From Octopus bimaculoides (taxonomy: Eukaryota), in the NCBI RefSeq assembly GCF_001194135.2, contig NC_068983.1:79769752-79833751 (forward strand): a stretch of 64,000 bases of DNA. Direction: 5' to 3'. Position numbers and translations under genes: made by a program. Below the pieces are notes generated by a model that made no database searches, was not told where the DNA came from, and saw only the letters and a list, made by a program, of their open reading frames with translations. This document shows positions 25,260 through 38,552 of this stretch, in pieces (position 1 is the stretch's first letter; each line of letters begins with the position of its first letter).

Positions 25260-26689
25260 TTTGTGTATTATTTTAAATGGCTTATAAACACCTTCCACGC
25301 TGCAATTGTTATATATATATATATATATATATATAGTTATTAATTTGCCAATATGGTTTTATACTTCCAGTCACTAATATTATTTCTTTTGAATATTAAT
25401 GTTCTCTTATATATTTATATATACATATATAAAAGGTATTGGTATCTAGAAGACCCAAGGGGTGGCAGGTAACACTAAGTAAGTGCTATGGACAGACTGT
25501 AGTTAAACTCTTGGTTTGATAGTGATACGGGTGATGAGTTTAATGTGGGTCTTGTATTAGCAAGACCCACGTTAAACATGTATATATGACACACATACTT
25601 ATATACATATATAAAGTGTGTCTGTAAATGAATATGTATATAAGTATAAATATATACAATTCATTGAGTAGAATATTTGGCTTCACAGTCATTCACATGG
25701 TTTTTTGTCACATTAGGCAACAATACCCAGTATTTAAGAAATATAAATAAGCAGTGTACCCCCAGTGCAATGTAGGTAAGTTCAGCTAAGTTTGAAAGGT
25801 TGCTAGATGCAAAAAAAAATTGGCCAGGCTGGAACATAGAGAATTATAATTAATAACCAAATATTGTGATTCTTAAAAATGATTTTGACATTGGATACCC
25901 TGTCTAATTTTCATTGTTTTGAAAAAATGGACACATGTCATTCTTGAAATGATTGAGGGATTAAGTTCCTTTTCAAATTTGTATTGTTCCATATTATTTT
26001 CATTGAATCATATTACCTTGTAACAAAATATTTTCATACTCTTATGTCAATTAAAGAAATAATTTCATCGTCATCATCATTATAATCATCGTTGTGTTTA
26101 TATTTGGCATTGTGCCATTATAAAAATTCATTATTTTAATTCTATCATTGCAGTTCTTGTTTATTGTTGGTGATGTTTACAATGCATCGGAAACATGTAA
26201 TTTATTATTCATTGATGAATGATTCCTAAAAATTCTGCATGGTTTGATAAATAAATACAACACTAATAAGTTATGTTCCAATTACAAAAAATACTCTCCC
26301 ATAGCTTCCCATCCATTTTTATTTCTTCCTAAAAATACTCTCTTGATATTTTACAATTTTTCATTCAGTCATTTATTTATTTATTTATTTGTTGTCGTCT
26401 GCTCCAAATATATCTATAGAATTCATTCATATAATCATTACCAATGCTCTAACTATATCTTTTCATATCTTCTTTTGAGCCCAAAATGGTAATTTTACGG
26501 GTTGCTCAACCATGTAGAAATAGCAGCTTAATCTCCCTCAGATCACATTAACATTTTATCAGAAAGGAGGAAGGTCACATGGGATAATTTAGACCTAGAT
26601 ATAATTTGCCTGAACCAGAAAAAGACAGGAAGATCATGTCTAAGCTGCCTTTGATCACAGTTAGGCAACTTCTTAGTCATAGCTCTCTA

Positions 26690-27003
26690 CAGACACATGG
26701 ACCCTTAACATGTACCCTTAACATGTACCCTTAACATGTACCCTTAACTCAGGGAAATTCAGCATGACACAGAGTGTGACAAGGCTGGCCCTTTGAAATA
26801 CATGTACAACAGAAACTGGAAGAAAGAGTGAGAGAAAGCTGTGGTGAAAGAGTACAGTAGGGTTCGCCACCACCCCCTGGCAGAGCCTTGTGGAGCTTTA
26901 GGTGTTTTTGCTCAATAAACACTCACAACGCCTGGTCTGAGAATTGAAACCCCAATCTTACAACCCCGAGTCCACTGCCATAACCACTGAGCCATTGTGC
27001 CTC
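26690..27003 (-). mobile_element. tRNA-derived SINE (third family) with a 13-bp tandem repeat in the tail
   Basis: Minus head GGAGGCACAATGGCTCAGTGGTTA...GGTTTCAATTCTC. The tail is shared with 57375-57700. ACCCTTAACATGT repeats about 3.7 times at 26701-26748. Confidence 0.7.
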
Positions 27004-27094
27004 CACATATATGTATATATATATATGTGTGTATTTATATATATGTGTGTGTGTTTGTGTGTGTGTGTATATATGTGTGTGTGTNNNNNNNNNN

Positions 27095-27137
<43 letters not shown>

Positions 27138-27138
<1 letters not shown>

Positions 27139-27332
27139 ATAAATGGAATCTGGACAAATTTCTTTAAGGAACACCAGATAAGCCACCTATACCTGGTTAC
27201 AATTCACTCAACAAGTATTTCTTATTCGCATGGACCATAATACCACAAAACTTGACTTCAAATGGATTTAGGTAATCCTATAAGGTGTTACTATTAGGTT
27301 AGATATGGCCTGGACCAATCTTTGGTCGAAAC
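27138..27332 (+). mobile_element. Probable CR1-type LINE C-terminus and 3' end with terminal stem-loop
   Basis: KWNLDKFL*GTPDKPPIPGYNSLNK resembles invertebrate CR1 ends (LDKFL..IPD.P). The terminal motif GACCAA-TCT-TTGGTC-GAAACAT recurs in reverse at 50670-50730. Confidence 0.5.
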
Positions 27333-28862
27333 ATGGTAGAGCTGACCATGTATGGACCAAAGGAAACCACGGACATGCAGCCTACAAGAAACTCTCAGAA
27401 TCTTTCCAGCTTGAATTTCCATAAGGCAAACTGGAAACAAATTGAGAAAGAGATCCTCAAACAAAACTGGCCTAAATGTCTCTCTTCACCGGACAATAAA
27501 CATGAAACTTCAACAATTCATATCTGTAATGCAAGCCTGGCAAGAAAGGCCACTGTACACAAGAACAAAATCCTCAGGGAGAGGAAAATTCTTGTGAGAC
27601 GGCATACAAAAGTTTCAAATCGCCTAAACAAATTGAAAGCAGTGAAATGTCCCGTCTGAAAATACAACTGCTGGAGATTGAAATAAATCTGAAACTCACC
27701 CATGAAAAAGAAAGAGCAGACAAAGAAGCCTGGGCTATAGACAATATAAAATATAACCCCAGAGCTTTCTACAAGTTTTCCAAAGAAACAGTTTCAATGC
27801 ACTGCAGGATAGGGTCACTCCTCGAAAATGATGGGACACTCACAGGAAACCCAATGAAGATAAGTGAAATACTAAATGAGCAATTCAAAAATATTTTCAC
27901 TCCACCCCTAGGGCACTTTCAAGTCAGTAATCCAACTGACTTCTTTACCACTGCAGATATAAAAACAGAGGCAATGATGATCAATTACATCAATATAAAG
28001 GAAGACGATGTAATAAGGGCTATAAATGAAATGAACCCAAACTTAGCTACTGGCCCTGATGGATTCCCAGCAATCCTTCTAAAAGTATGTAAACGAGTCC
28101 TAGCAAGACCGCTGCAGTCCTTCTTTCAGAGCTTCCTTTGCAACTGGCAAACTTCCAAGAAAACTGAAGGAGGGTGAAATATGCCCTGTTCATAAAGGAG
28201 GTAGCAGAAGAGAAGCCAAGAACTACAGACCTATCTCTCTGACCTTGCACATCAGCAAGGTCATGGAATGAATAGTCAGAAGAAAACTAATTGCCTTCCT
28301 TGAAGAAAATGACCAGGAAGAAGCTGCCTGACTCAGCTCTTACAACACTATGACTGGGTACTGAAATAGCTGCTCAACCACTCAAATGTGGAAGTCATAT
28401 ATCTCGACTTTGCAAAGGCCTTTGATAAAGTCGATCATGGAATATTTCACAAACTGCATAGTTGGAAAATTGAGAAAATGGCTTAATGACTTTCTGAAAG
28501 ATAGAAGTCAGGTGTTAGTAGCCAATGGAGCCACCTCCAATGACACTACTATTCATAATGGCCCTCTCAGACATGCCCTCAGCCACACACAGAGCCACGA
28601 TCACAAGTTATGCAGATGATACAAAAGTTTCACAGGTAATACAGAACCCTGAAGACACTATGCACCTGCAATATGAGCTGGATGAAATATGCAAGTGGGC
28701 TGAAAAGAATAGCATGCAGTTTAATGCTGAAAAGTTTCAAGCCTTGTGCTATCAGCATGCAAAACTAAATGCAATACCCATTAAATAAACTGGACCTGAG
28801 GGATTGCAATCCCAGAGGCACAGTCAGTGAAAGACCTGGGCATTTACATGAGTATTAATGCA
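27330..28862 (+). mobile_element. CR1-clade LINE (end of APE domain + RT), decayed with deletions
   Basis: NFHKANWKQI...LNEQFKNIFT...ATGPDGFPAILLK...ICPVHKGGS...NYRPISLT..ISKVME...YLDFAKAFDKVDH...WL.DFLKDRSQ.....LLFI..SDMP...SYADDTK...WAE.NSMQFNAEKF...KDLGI. Confidence 0.9.
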
Positions 28863-29070
28863 TTCATACCCTCCCCTTCCACCATTAAGTATATTAGTCA
28901 TGGGATGACTATTGGAATGGTTTCCAGTTGCCTTCTCTCAGCAGGTGAGATTTGAACTCAGAATGTAGAGAGCCAGAAGTTTTACCATAAAGCATTTCTT
29001 CTGTCCCATCCACTAAAGTGATGTCAAATGAATTGTTTTGTGCAAGGAAACAACGTTCTGCCTGGTCTTT

Positions 29071-29140
29071 CACAGCTAGGCTTTCTCTCACAGCCAGGCT
29101 TTCTCTCACAGCTAGGCTTTATCTCACAGCTAGGCTTTCT
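29071..29140 (+). repeat. 18-bp minisatellite, about 4 units
   Basis: CACAGCTAGGCTTTCTCT repeats at 29071, 29089, 29107 and 29125. Confidence 0.9.
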
Positions 29141-30339
29141 AACAGCACCTTCCTTAATATTATATACTATGTAATGAGTTATTACATTAATACAAAGTTA
29201 CACTTGGCCAGTACTTATGAAACCCATAAAATAATCTCTACGTGGTTTCTCAAAGTGCTACAAATAGCAACCTATTCTCTTTTAAGCCACACTTTTGAAT
29301 ATTTAAAAAGCAAAGGGCATATTAGAGCAATTGTAGAAACATTGTGTCTGAACAAAAGACTGCATGGTCACAACTGATAGGATTTTCCTCGTAGGCTTGG
29401 TCAATCAGAGCTGATCTTTGACTAGGCCACAGTAACATCTGGCACATCTTTATTGACCTTGGAACAATGGAAGGTAAAATTTACTGAAGCAAAATTTGAA
29501 CTTGGAATGTCATTGAATGTGGTCTAAATACTGATATTTTGTGCAATGTTATTAATGATTCTTTTATCAACTCACCTACCTACTTCTGATTAAATTTGTT
29601 AGGTTCCTCATGATATTAAGTCTCATCTGGTTCGTTTTCATACTCTTTAAAAACAAGTAAAATGATTTAATTTCATAACAACTATTCTACCAAATTGGTT
29701 GTCTTCTTATATGAGACTACTTGCCACTATGATATATTAATGGTAAGGTTTTACTACTTTAAAACATGCCAAATACACACAAAATGTGACATCTATGAGT
29801 GTACTATGTGGATTGTGATAAACTATTTCCATTAATAAATGTCTCCTACTCTATAAATCCATGTTAATGACTGCAACCACCTCCATGGATTTGAGTACAT
29901 TTCTAAACTTGTTTAGTTTATGGGGAGAAACAGTCATGCTTTCTCTTCTTTTAATGAGTTTAATAGTAAAATGGCGTGGTAATGGTTAAATAGAAGTAAT
30001 AAAGGTAAAAGTTGAAAACAGGTCAAAATTTAATGTGAAGTTGACTGACACCTGGGAAAAATTATACATACAAATTGCATGTTTATGTATAAAGAATAGA
30101 GAGAAATATTCCAGTTTATGGAGAAATCAATTGAAATCAGGATGATTAGTGATGTGTGCATTACAACATTTCAGAATTGGTGAAAAGGCTTCCTGTTATG
30201 GCAAGATGAAATGAAAAATTATGTTCCAAAATTGCATCAGAGTTATTGCTTTAAGTTCTACAGAAGTGATGACGAAGCTGGTACAGTTTTTAAAATCTAT
30301 CAAACTCATACCCTTTTTGAAAAATTGAGATAAAATAGT

Positions 30340-30640
30340 ACAAATGTGGAAGTGTGGTTATGAAATTTGCTTTCAAACCATGTGGTCTTGGGTTCAGTTT
30401 CAGTGTGTGGTACTCTGGGGAAGTGTTTTCTTCTATAGAGCCAAGCCAATTAAAGCCTTATGAGTGGATTTGGCAGATAGAAACTGAAAGAAGCCCATTG
30501 TGCATACATGTGTGTGAATTTGTGTTTGTCCTCTACCATTGCTTAAGAACTGGGGTTGATTTGTTTGACTAAACATTCTAAGTGATGCCCTAGCATGGCT
30601 GCTGTCCAATGAGTGAAACACGTAAGAGATAAAAGATAGA
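30340..30640 (+). mobile_element. OR-like SINE (decayed)
   Basis: GTGTGGTTATGAAATTTGCTT...GAGTGGATTTGGCAGATAGAAACTGAAAGAAGCCC...CAATGAGTGAAACA. Confidence 0.7.
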
Positions 30641-32516
30641 TAATAAAATGAAATGACATACCAATGATGTTGCCTCTACTTGGCTGCTCGGTCTGTTAAA
30701 AACAGCAGCCTAATCTACATCATATATCATATCATCTTAATGCAAGAACACATTTCATAATAATAAAAGGTTCTCCTATTCCTAGTTTCAAAGTATATTT
30801 AAAATAGATATTTATATTTTGTCTCTAAATAAGTTTTATTTATTTGTTTTAGACAAAAGCTTTAAAAGAGTTATTGAATATTAATGTGGTTTTGACAAAG
30901 TTTAGGCTGTTGAAAAAGAAGTATTCAATTTTATCACAAATTATACAAAGAAAAAAAAAAGAAATGTATGCCAGGTCTCTACAGTTTGAGAACTTAATAT
31001 TCACACAAGATATGCAGAGAAACTACTCAGTATTGGTGCCAGTGAAGCATATTATTTGTTAAGGTGAGCAAGCATGTAGCAGTGGACTGTTTGACTTAGA
31101 TTGACTGTTTTAGCCAAACCAAATGAAATAAATAATCTTAAGTGAAAGAAGGCTATTTTTGCCAATATTGGTTATGTTTAATTCAATACTGGGAAAGAAA
31201 AAGTTATATCTCTTCCTTTTGGGAAACTAATTACTTGTTTAACTACAAAGATAAGACTGATAACATTTATATCTAAGAAAGAGAATTCTGTTGTAACCAA
31301 TATCGAATGGTACCTATTTTTATCTATAACATGTTTATCAAAGATTCATTTTTTTCTTCTGTCTTCGTTGCAATACTTTGTAAAAGAATTCAAACTTATT
31401 TACCTCTGTCTCAATTTTCCTTATCTTTGACTGATTTTCTTCCTATTTTCTTTGCTTCAGTGTCATATATAATATATAGAGAGAGAACTACATTATTGGG
31501 GTTATAATTGGCTTGTGAAAACACACACACAGGTGTGCAAACAAAAGAAAAGAGCACTCTGCACATGATATGAAGCTTAAATATTGGAAGTAAATCAGTT
31601 TAACTCAGGGTTGCACTATTTAAAGTTTTGTGAATGAAATAAATGCTTAATATTAGATGGTAAAGCAGACACAGCTTCTAAATAAAACCAAGTGCCATTG
31701 GATGATGAACAGAATTCATTCATATTTGGCAGTTTAGATTGCATGATAGTGCTATATTCTGGTGCTCAGTGGCAGCTGCCAAACTGGAGGCAATTTTAAT
31801 GCAGTAATAATGTCCCTTAGTTTCATTAGAAATTCCAGTAAAAATTTCAGGTATTTATGGAGTGGTATAAACAGCTAACAGCTTAAAACTAGATTATACA
31901 AAGATCATTGTTGTCATAATAAATTAAGTTTCCTTGTTAAATAATACACCTTGCTGTTGCAATATGTACAGTTTGTTGAATCAATACTGACAATTGTGCA
32001 CACTGGGTGTGTAAGGCAGAATCTTAACGACAATGTTCCAAGTCATACAGAGTGACATATTTTTCCTGATCCTGGAGTGTTGTGATAAACAGGGACAGAA
32101 TGGTGGAATTTTTCCTGTCTGTGACCTGGAGAGGTGCATGTACTAAGTGAACCTTATATACAATCAGATGGGGTAACAGTCATCCTATAGGCCACTGCTC
32201 TAGAAAGGCAGAATACTTTCAGTAATATGCAAGAAATTGATTGTGGTTAGTTTGATGGAGATAGCTATATTTAAGGTAAATTTCTTTAAGATTCCGGTCA
32301 AGTTTTCTGTCTATAAGATAACCATCTATATTACTTGAAATTGCCATCCCACCTTCTCTGTACAAATCTGAGCACATGCGTACGGTGTTGTGTGTGTATA
32401 TATATATGTGTGTATGTATATATGTATACACACAATAACCGTATATAAAGCATTTTAAGAGCATTCTTTCTGGTAAAATAGTAGTTAATTTAGCAATCCC
32501 ATGATAATCTTACTTT

Positions 32517-33088
32517 GGATCTTTTTTAAAGCGGGGGCCACATTTTTCATTAATGTTTTACGTAGTGTTTTTGGTACCGAAAGACTTTCAAACTTCGTAT
32601 ACTTATCTATTTTGTGTTATAGAACAGAAAAATATTTTTGTATTCGAATTTATTTCATGTAAAAAATTGTCTTATTTCGATAATTTCAACCAATCACTGA
32701 CGTCCATTCAGCCGATATACATTAAGTGCCGACTACATAAACAAACGATTCTTCGTTTTATTTGCTTTTTTCATTTTAAATTTGCTTTAACCCTAACCCT
32801 AACCCTAACCATAGGGTTAGGGTTAGAGTTAGGGTTAGGGTTAGGGTTAATTGTTTCAGAATCGTTTGTTTATGTAGTCGGCACTTAATGTATATCGGCT
32901 GAATGGACGTCAGTGATTGGTTGAAATTACAGAAATACGACAACTTTAACATGGAATAATTTATGGATTTCTTTTTTTTTTAAGAAGACTAAGAGAAAAA
33001 GATGTTTTATATGACACATTGTACAAGTGTTCCAAGTTTCAAAGTGTTTCGTTAATGAAAAATGTGGCCCCCGTTTTAAAAAAGATCC
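32517..33088. mobile_element. 572-bp foldback DNA transposon (MULE- or Merlin-like) with 8-bp TSD and internal telomeric repeats
   Basis: TSD CTTACTTT lies at 32509-32516 and 33089-33096. The termini GGATCTTTTTTAAA(G/A)CGGGGGCCACATTTTTCATTAA are inverted. The inner arms 32681-32752 and 32858-32929 are perfect 72-bp inverted repeats. (TAACCC)n then (GGGTTA)n lies at 32787-32850. Confidence 0.9.
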
Positions 33089-33644
33089 CTTACTTTTGCC
33101 ATATTCTCTACAACTTCCCATGTCATCTCCCTTGCCTTTATTTCCTCCTCTATCATCTTTAGCCATGCTTTTCCTTTTCCGGTTTTCTACTTTTTTCCAC
33201 TTTCATTTCCATTGTGCTTCTCACCCGACCACCTTCATCCTTCCTCAATACATTTGCTCCAGAAGCAATGTTAAATGTGGTTTAGTTAAGTGTATGTGCT
33301 TAGCAGCATTTCATCCACTTTTATGTTCCAAGTTCAAATTCCACCAAGATCAACTTTGCCTTTCATCTTTCTTGAGTTGATGGAATAAGTAGCAGTTGAG
33401 CACTGGGGTTGTTGTAATTGACTAGCCACTCATCCTGCATAAATTTCAGGCCTTATAATAGAAAGGATTACTTGTACTGTCAATAAAGTGGTAAGCTAAC
33501 AGAATCATTAGAGCATTGGAGAGATGCTTTGCTGTATTTGTTTTAATTCTTCACATTCTGAGTACAGATTCTGCTAAAGTCAGCTTTGCCTTTCATTCTT
33601 TCATGGTCAATAAAATAAATACCAGTTCAGTACTGTGGTCAATG

Positions 33645-34220
33645 TAATTGGTTTATCCCTCCTATAACCTGCATTGGACAAACTACATCTCTAACATTGT
33701 CAAGAAGGCTGAGTGTGTCTTAGCATCACTCAGTAAGATTTGTTGGCCACTCTCCAGCTATCTATCTAAAGCTGTATTTGACTATGGTATGTCCACACTT
33801 AGAGTTTGCATCACCAGTCTGGAACCTCTGTCTTGTTCAGCATATCAATCTCCTGGAAACTGTTCAGAAACATGTTATCAGATGAATACCCACTGTCAGG
33901 CATCTACCATACTCTGAATGTCTTGCTTCCTTGGGCATGGACACATTAAAGCTCCAACATCTGGCAAATGACATAGCAGACACCCACAAGATTATCCACC
34001 ATCTTCCCAACAACAATCTTGGGGACATTTTTGAATTCCATATGTCAAACATTCATGGAACATACTTACAAAATCTAAAAGCAACACAACACCCATGACT
34101 TTCAGAAACAATTTTCATGCTCAGGATTGCTGAAGCATGGGAAAAAATACCTGCATCAGTTGTTAGCTGTCGAGACACTACATCCTTCAAAACTTCCATG
34201 CTTCCTGAAATTCACCACTC
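33645..34220 (+). mobile_element. CR1-clade LINE 3' fragment
   Basis: LHWTNYISNIVKKA...LKLYLTMVCPHLEFASPVWN...INLLETVQK...IP.VRHLPYSE.LA.LGMDTLKL...RIAEAWEKIPASVVS...SFK. Confidence 0.85.
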
Positions 34221-35234
34221 CCGTTTCTTCTTTTCTTCTCTTTCCTTTCTATTAAATACTTTTTCACTGTTTACTTCCTGTACATATTCTATGTACTGTT
34301 CATGCAGTTTTGGTTACTTTTTTTGATGAGTTGTTATGCCCCTGAGAACTATATTATTTAAGTTCATTATTATCATTTATCATTATTATAAAAACTACTG
34401 ATCTTGTACCAAAATTAAGAAGAATTATTTCAACTAATAATACTACTCTCATCCTCCATATTAAAATAGGCTACTAATTTTTGCAGCAGGACTTAAGCTG
34501 CTTCTTTTAATAGTACTGTCCTTTTTGGTTAGGTATACCTTGAAGTGTTTTGCATATAAGCCTACTTTATCAAGTTTTATAATTCTGCTGAAGTTAGTGT
34601 TTGCATACAAAAACCTGTCTTTTTGTTTGTTTGTTTCTTTCTTTGTTTGTGCATGTGTGAGAGAGAGAGAGAGATCCAGAGACAGAGCTGGGTTTAAGAA
34701 GTAGGATTAAGATTAATCTAACTAAAAACCAAAAACAAGACATAATTTTGCATCATGTATTGAGATCGTTTTAGCATAATCCAACTAAGTTCCAATTTCA
34801 AGAAAAAGGTTAATTAGATTCACAAATTTTACAAAAATGAAGTCTCTGGTGGGCATAATTTTATGTTTAACAATATTTCTATTATTAGAACCAGGGTACT
34901 TGGTACAAAATTGATAATTGATTTCATAAACATGATAATATATTCACTTTCAATTCTCTTAAGTAAATACATAATTTTTAAAAATCTTTGATGTTATATG
35001 CAACTTATGGTTCAACACTCGTTCCAGCTTTGAATATTCTTCTTCTTCTTGAGGAGAGACATAATCAATTGAATAATTATCAGTAATTATTTTATTGACC
35101 TGGGAATGTGAAATGAAATGTATGGTTGATTCTTGTAGGATTTGAACTTCACACTAAGAAGAATGAAATCTCATTAAAGTTATATAACTTGCCACTATGA
35201 AACTTTTAATAAATATTTTGAAAATTTGGCCTCA

Positions 35235-35342
<108 letters not shown>

Positions 35343-35431
35343 CACATACATATAAGAAGGATGACCACTAAGTGGACATCCATTATGCTAGAAGTAGACC
35401 ACATAATTTAATTTTTTTAATTTTTCACCCT

Positions 35432-35922
35432 TCGAAATCATAATTGAACCAAATTCGATGACTGGCACCCGTGCCAGTGGAGCACTAATGGCACCGTCCA
35501 AGTGTGATCATTGCCAGAGCAGCTGTCTGGCTTCCATGCTGGTGGAATGTAAATAGCACCATTTGAGTGTGATCGTTACCAGCGTCATCTTACTGGTACT
35601 TGTGCCAGTGGCACATGAAAAAACATTCGACTGAGGTCATTGCCAGTGCCACTGGACTGGCTCCTGTGCAGGTGGCATGTAAAAAATACCATTTGAGTGT
35701 GGCCATTGCCAGTACTGCATGACTGGCCTTCGTGCCAGTGGCACATAAAAGCACCCACTACACTCTCAGAGTGGTTGGTGTTAGGAAGGGCATCCGACTG
35801 TAGAAACTCTGCCAGATCAGATTGGAGCCTGGTGCAGCCATCTGGTTCGCCAGTCCTCAGTCAAATTGTTCAATCCATGCTAGCATGGAAAGTGGATGTT
35901 AAAAGATGATGATGATGATGAT
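35432..35922 (+). mobile_element. Non-autonomous RTE-related element with about 60-bp GTGGCACGTAAAAAGCACCAT subrepeats and (GAT)n tail
   Basis: The tail CCAGTCCTCAGTCAAA...CATGCTAGCATGGAAAG...(GAT)n is shared with the RTE at 15285-15352. Other copies are at 44705 (+), 49750 (+), 62650 (-) and 63199 (-). Confidence 0.8.
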
Positions 35923-35929
35923 GGTATAT

Positions 35930-36262
35930 ATCTTCTACTTGTTCCAGTCATTTGACTGTGGCCATGAAGGACTTTTTTATTTTTTAAGCCTGGTACTTAT
36001 TCTATCAGTCTCTTTTGCTGAACCACTAAGCTACAGGTATGTAAACACACCAACAACCGTTGTCAAGCTGTGGTGGGGGACAAAGACACACACACATATA
36101 CATACACAATGGGTTTCTCTCAGTTTCCGTCTACCAAATCCACTCACAAGGCTTTGGTCAGCTCCAGGCTATAACAGGAGACATTTGCCCAAGGTACCAC
36201 ACAGTGGGACCGAACCCAGTACCATGTGGCTGGGAAGCAAGCTTCTTACCACACAGCAACGG
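35930..36262 (-). mobile_element. OR-like SINE
   Basis: Collinear with 8840-9278 and shows CpG decay. Confidence 0.8.
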
Positions 36263-36591
36263 ATTTGTATAAAATTCTTCAAATATGCCAAGAACATATA
36301 AGCCTGTTCCTCTTTCTCACAGCAAATCAATTTATCCCACTCAAGAATTGTTTGTTTATTCTCACTAATTGTCAATGTAGACCAGTGCTAGTTTCTTCAC
36401 ATTCTTCTGTTTACTTAGTAAAATATTTAGTCTGCTGGTCTACAATTTCAACCAACTCATTGCCATTTTTAGAAAATGGTTCAGGAAAGAATTTACTTGT
36501 TTTACATTTTTTTCTTGGGATATTTTTATATCCAGTGGTTCAGTACATTGGAAGTTAAATTTAGAAGTATATATTGAACATTTGCAATCAC

Positions 36592-36645
<54 letters not shown>

Positions 36646-37021
36646 TACATATATGGACATATATGTATAAATCGTCGTCGATATATATATATTTGTATGT
36701 ATGTGTACATATGTGTGTATATGTTTGTATGTGTGTGTACATGCATATGTATATATCTGTATGTGTATATGTGTGTGTATAAAGATGTATAATCAGATAT
36801 GAATTTCAGTTATGTTCTTGCTTGGAACAGTGGTTTAAATAAATGGAAAATATGTAATATTAGAATTGCCTTTTATTTTGATAACAGTATCTGATTTTAA
36901 TGTATAAGCAAATTAATCTTCCAAGTAACATATCTTACCACCTTTTCCAAATATTTCTCTGTAAATTGGTAGCTTAAAACTTACAATTCATTGTTAAACA
37001 AATTTTCTTGTAATTATTCAA

Positions 37022-37395
37022 TTTCTTCTTGTGGTAAGAAGCTTGCTTCCCAACCACATGGTTCCAGGTCCAGTCCCACTGCATGGCACGTTGGGTAAAT
37101 GTCTTCTGCTATAACCTCAAGCTGACCAAAGTCTTGCGAGTGGATTTGGTAGACAGAAACTGAAAGAAGCCCCTTGAATATCTGCATCTGTATGTATTTG
37201 TGAGTCTGTGTTTGTCCCCGCACCATTGCTTGGAAACCGATGTTGGTGTGCTTACTTTCTCATAACTTAGAGGTTCGGCAAAAATCACTGATAGAATAAG
37301 TATCAGGCTTACAAAGAATAAGTTCTGGGGTCAATTTGCTTGACTAAAGGCTGTGCTCCAGCATGGCTGCAGTCAAATCACTAAAACAAGTAAAA
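37022..37395 (+). mobile_element. OR-like SINE
   Basis: TGTGGTAAGAAGCTTGCTTCCCAACCACATGGTTCC...GCTCCAGCATGGCTGCAGTCAAAT. Confidence 0.85.
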
Positions 37396-37730
37396 GAAAA
37401 AAAAGAAAAGAATATGTATGTATATTTATGTGTGTCTCTGTGTCTGTCTCTTACCACTGCTTGACATCTGGAATTGGTCCCTGTAACTGTGCAGTTTAAC
37501 AAAAGGAGACCAATAGAATAAGTACTGGGCAATAGAATAAGGAGTAGAGGCAATTCATTTTCAAATTCTTCGAGGCACTGTCCCAGCATGACCACAGTTT
37601 AATATAACTAAAACAAATAAAAGATAAAGATATGTATATGCATACATACCTACAATGAGTACATGAGTGGGTGGACAAATGAAGGAAGAAACACTTTACA
37701 CATTTGGTAGGAATTGCATTTGTTATTGTT

Positions 37731-38552
37731 AAGGCGGTGAGCTGGCGGAGTTGTTAGCATGCAGTATTTTGCTACGTTTCAAGTTCAAATTCTACCAAAG
37801 TCAACTTTGCCTTTCATCCTTTCAGGGTCAATAAATGAAGTAGCAGTTGCTTACTGGGGTCGATCTAATCCACTAGTCCCCTCGCACAAAATTTCAAGGC
37901 CTTGTGCTTATAGCAGAAAGGATTATTATTATCATTCTTCTTCATTTTTTTTTTTAAGTTTGATTTGGCCCACATGCAACTTAAAGTTTTGTAGACTTGG
38001 CCTAGGAGCCTAGCATGAGCCCTTGATACTTTAAGTTGCATGGGACCAAATCAAGTTATATATTTTTTTTTAACTATAATAACAATAATAATGATGATGA
38101 TGATTTCAAGTTTTGGAACAAGGCCACCAATTTCAGGAGAGGGGTAAGTTGATTATATTGACTCCAGTGCTTAACTGGTATTTATTTTATCAACCTCTGA
38201 AAGGATGAAAGGCAAAGTTGACTACAGTGTAATTTGAACTCAGATCGTAAAATCAGACAAAATGCCACTAAGTGTTTTACTCAGCATGCTAACAATTTTG
38301 ACAGCTCACAAATTTAATAATAATAATGTTAATAATAATCCTTTCTACTATAGGCAAAAGTCCTGAAATTTGTTGGGAGGGAATAGTCAATTACATCGAC
38401 ACCAGTGCAAAATTGGTGCTTATTTTATCAATCCCAAAAGGATGATAGGTAAAGTCAACCTTGGCGGAATTTGAACTCAGAACATGAAGATCGACGAAAT
38501 GCCACTAAGCATTTTACCCAATGTGCTAACAATTCTGCCAGCTCACCGTCAT
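37731..38552. mobile_element. Cluster of three AAGGCGGCGAGCTGGC-family SINEs (+ 37731-37931; - 38105-38310; - 38338-38552) separated by (AAT)n
   Basis: The three copies are mutually similar and have GTTCAAATTC B-box-like motifs and AAT tracts at the junctions. Confidence 0.8.

Noticed and set aside
32787-32850. Chromosome end-to-end fusion scar
   Set aside because: The orientation is (CCCTAA)n then (TTAGGG)n, opposite to a fusion, and the repeats lie inside a TSD-flanked transposon.
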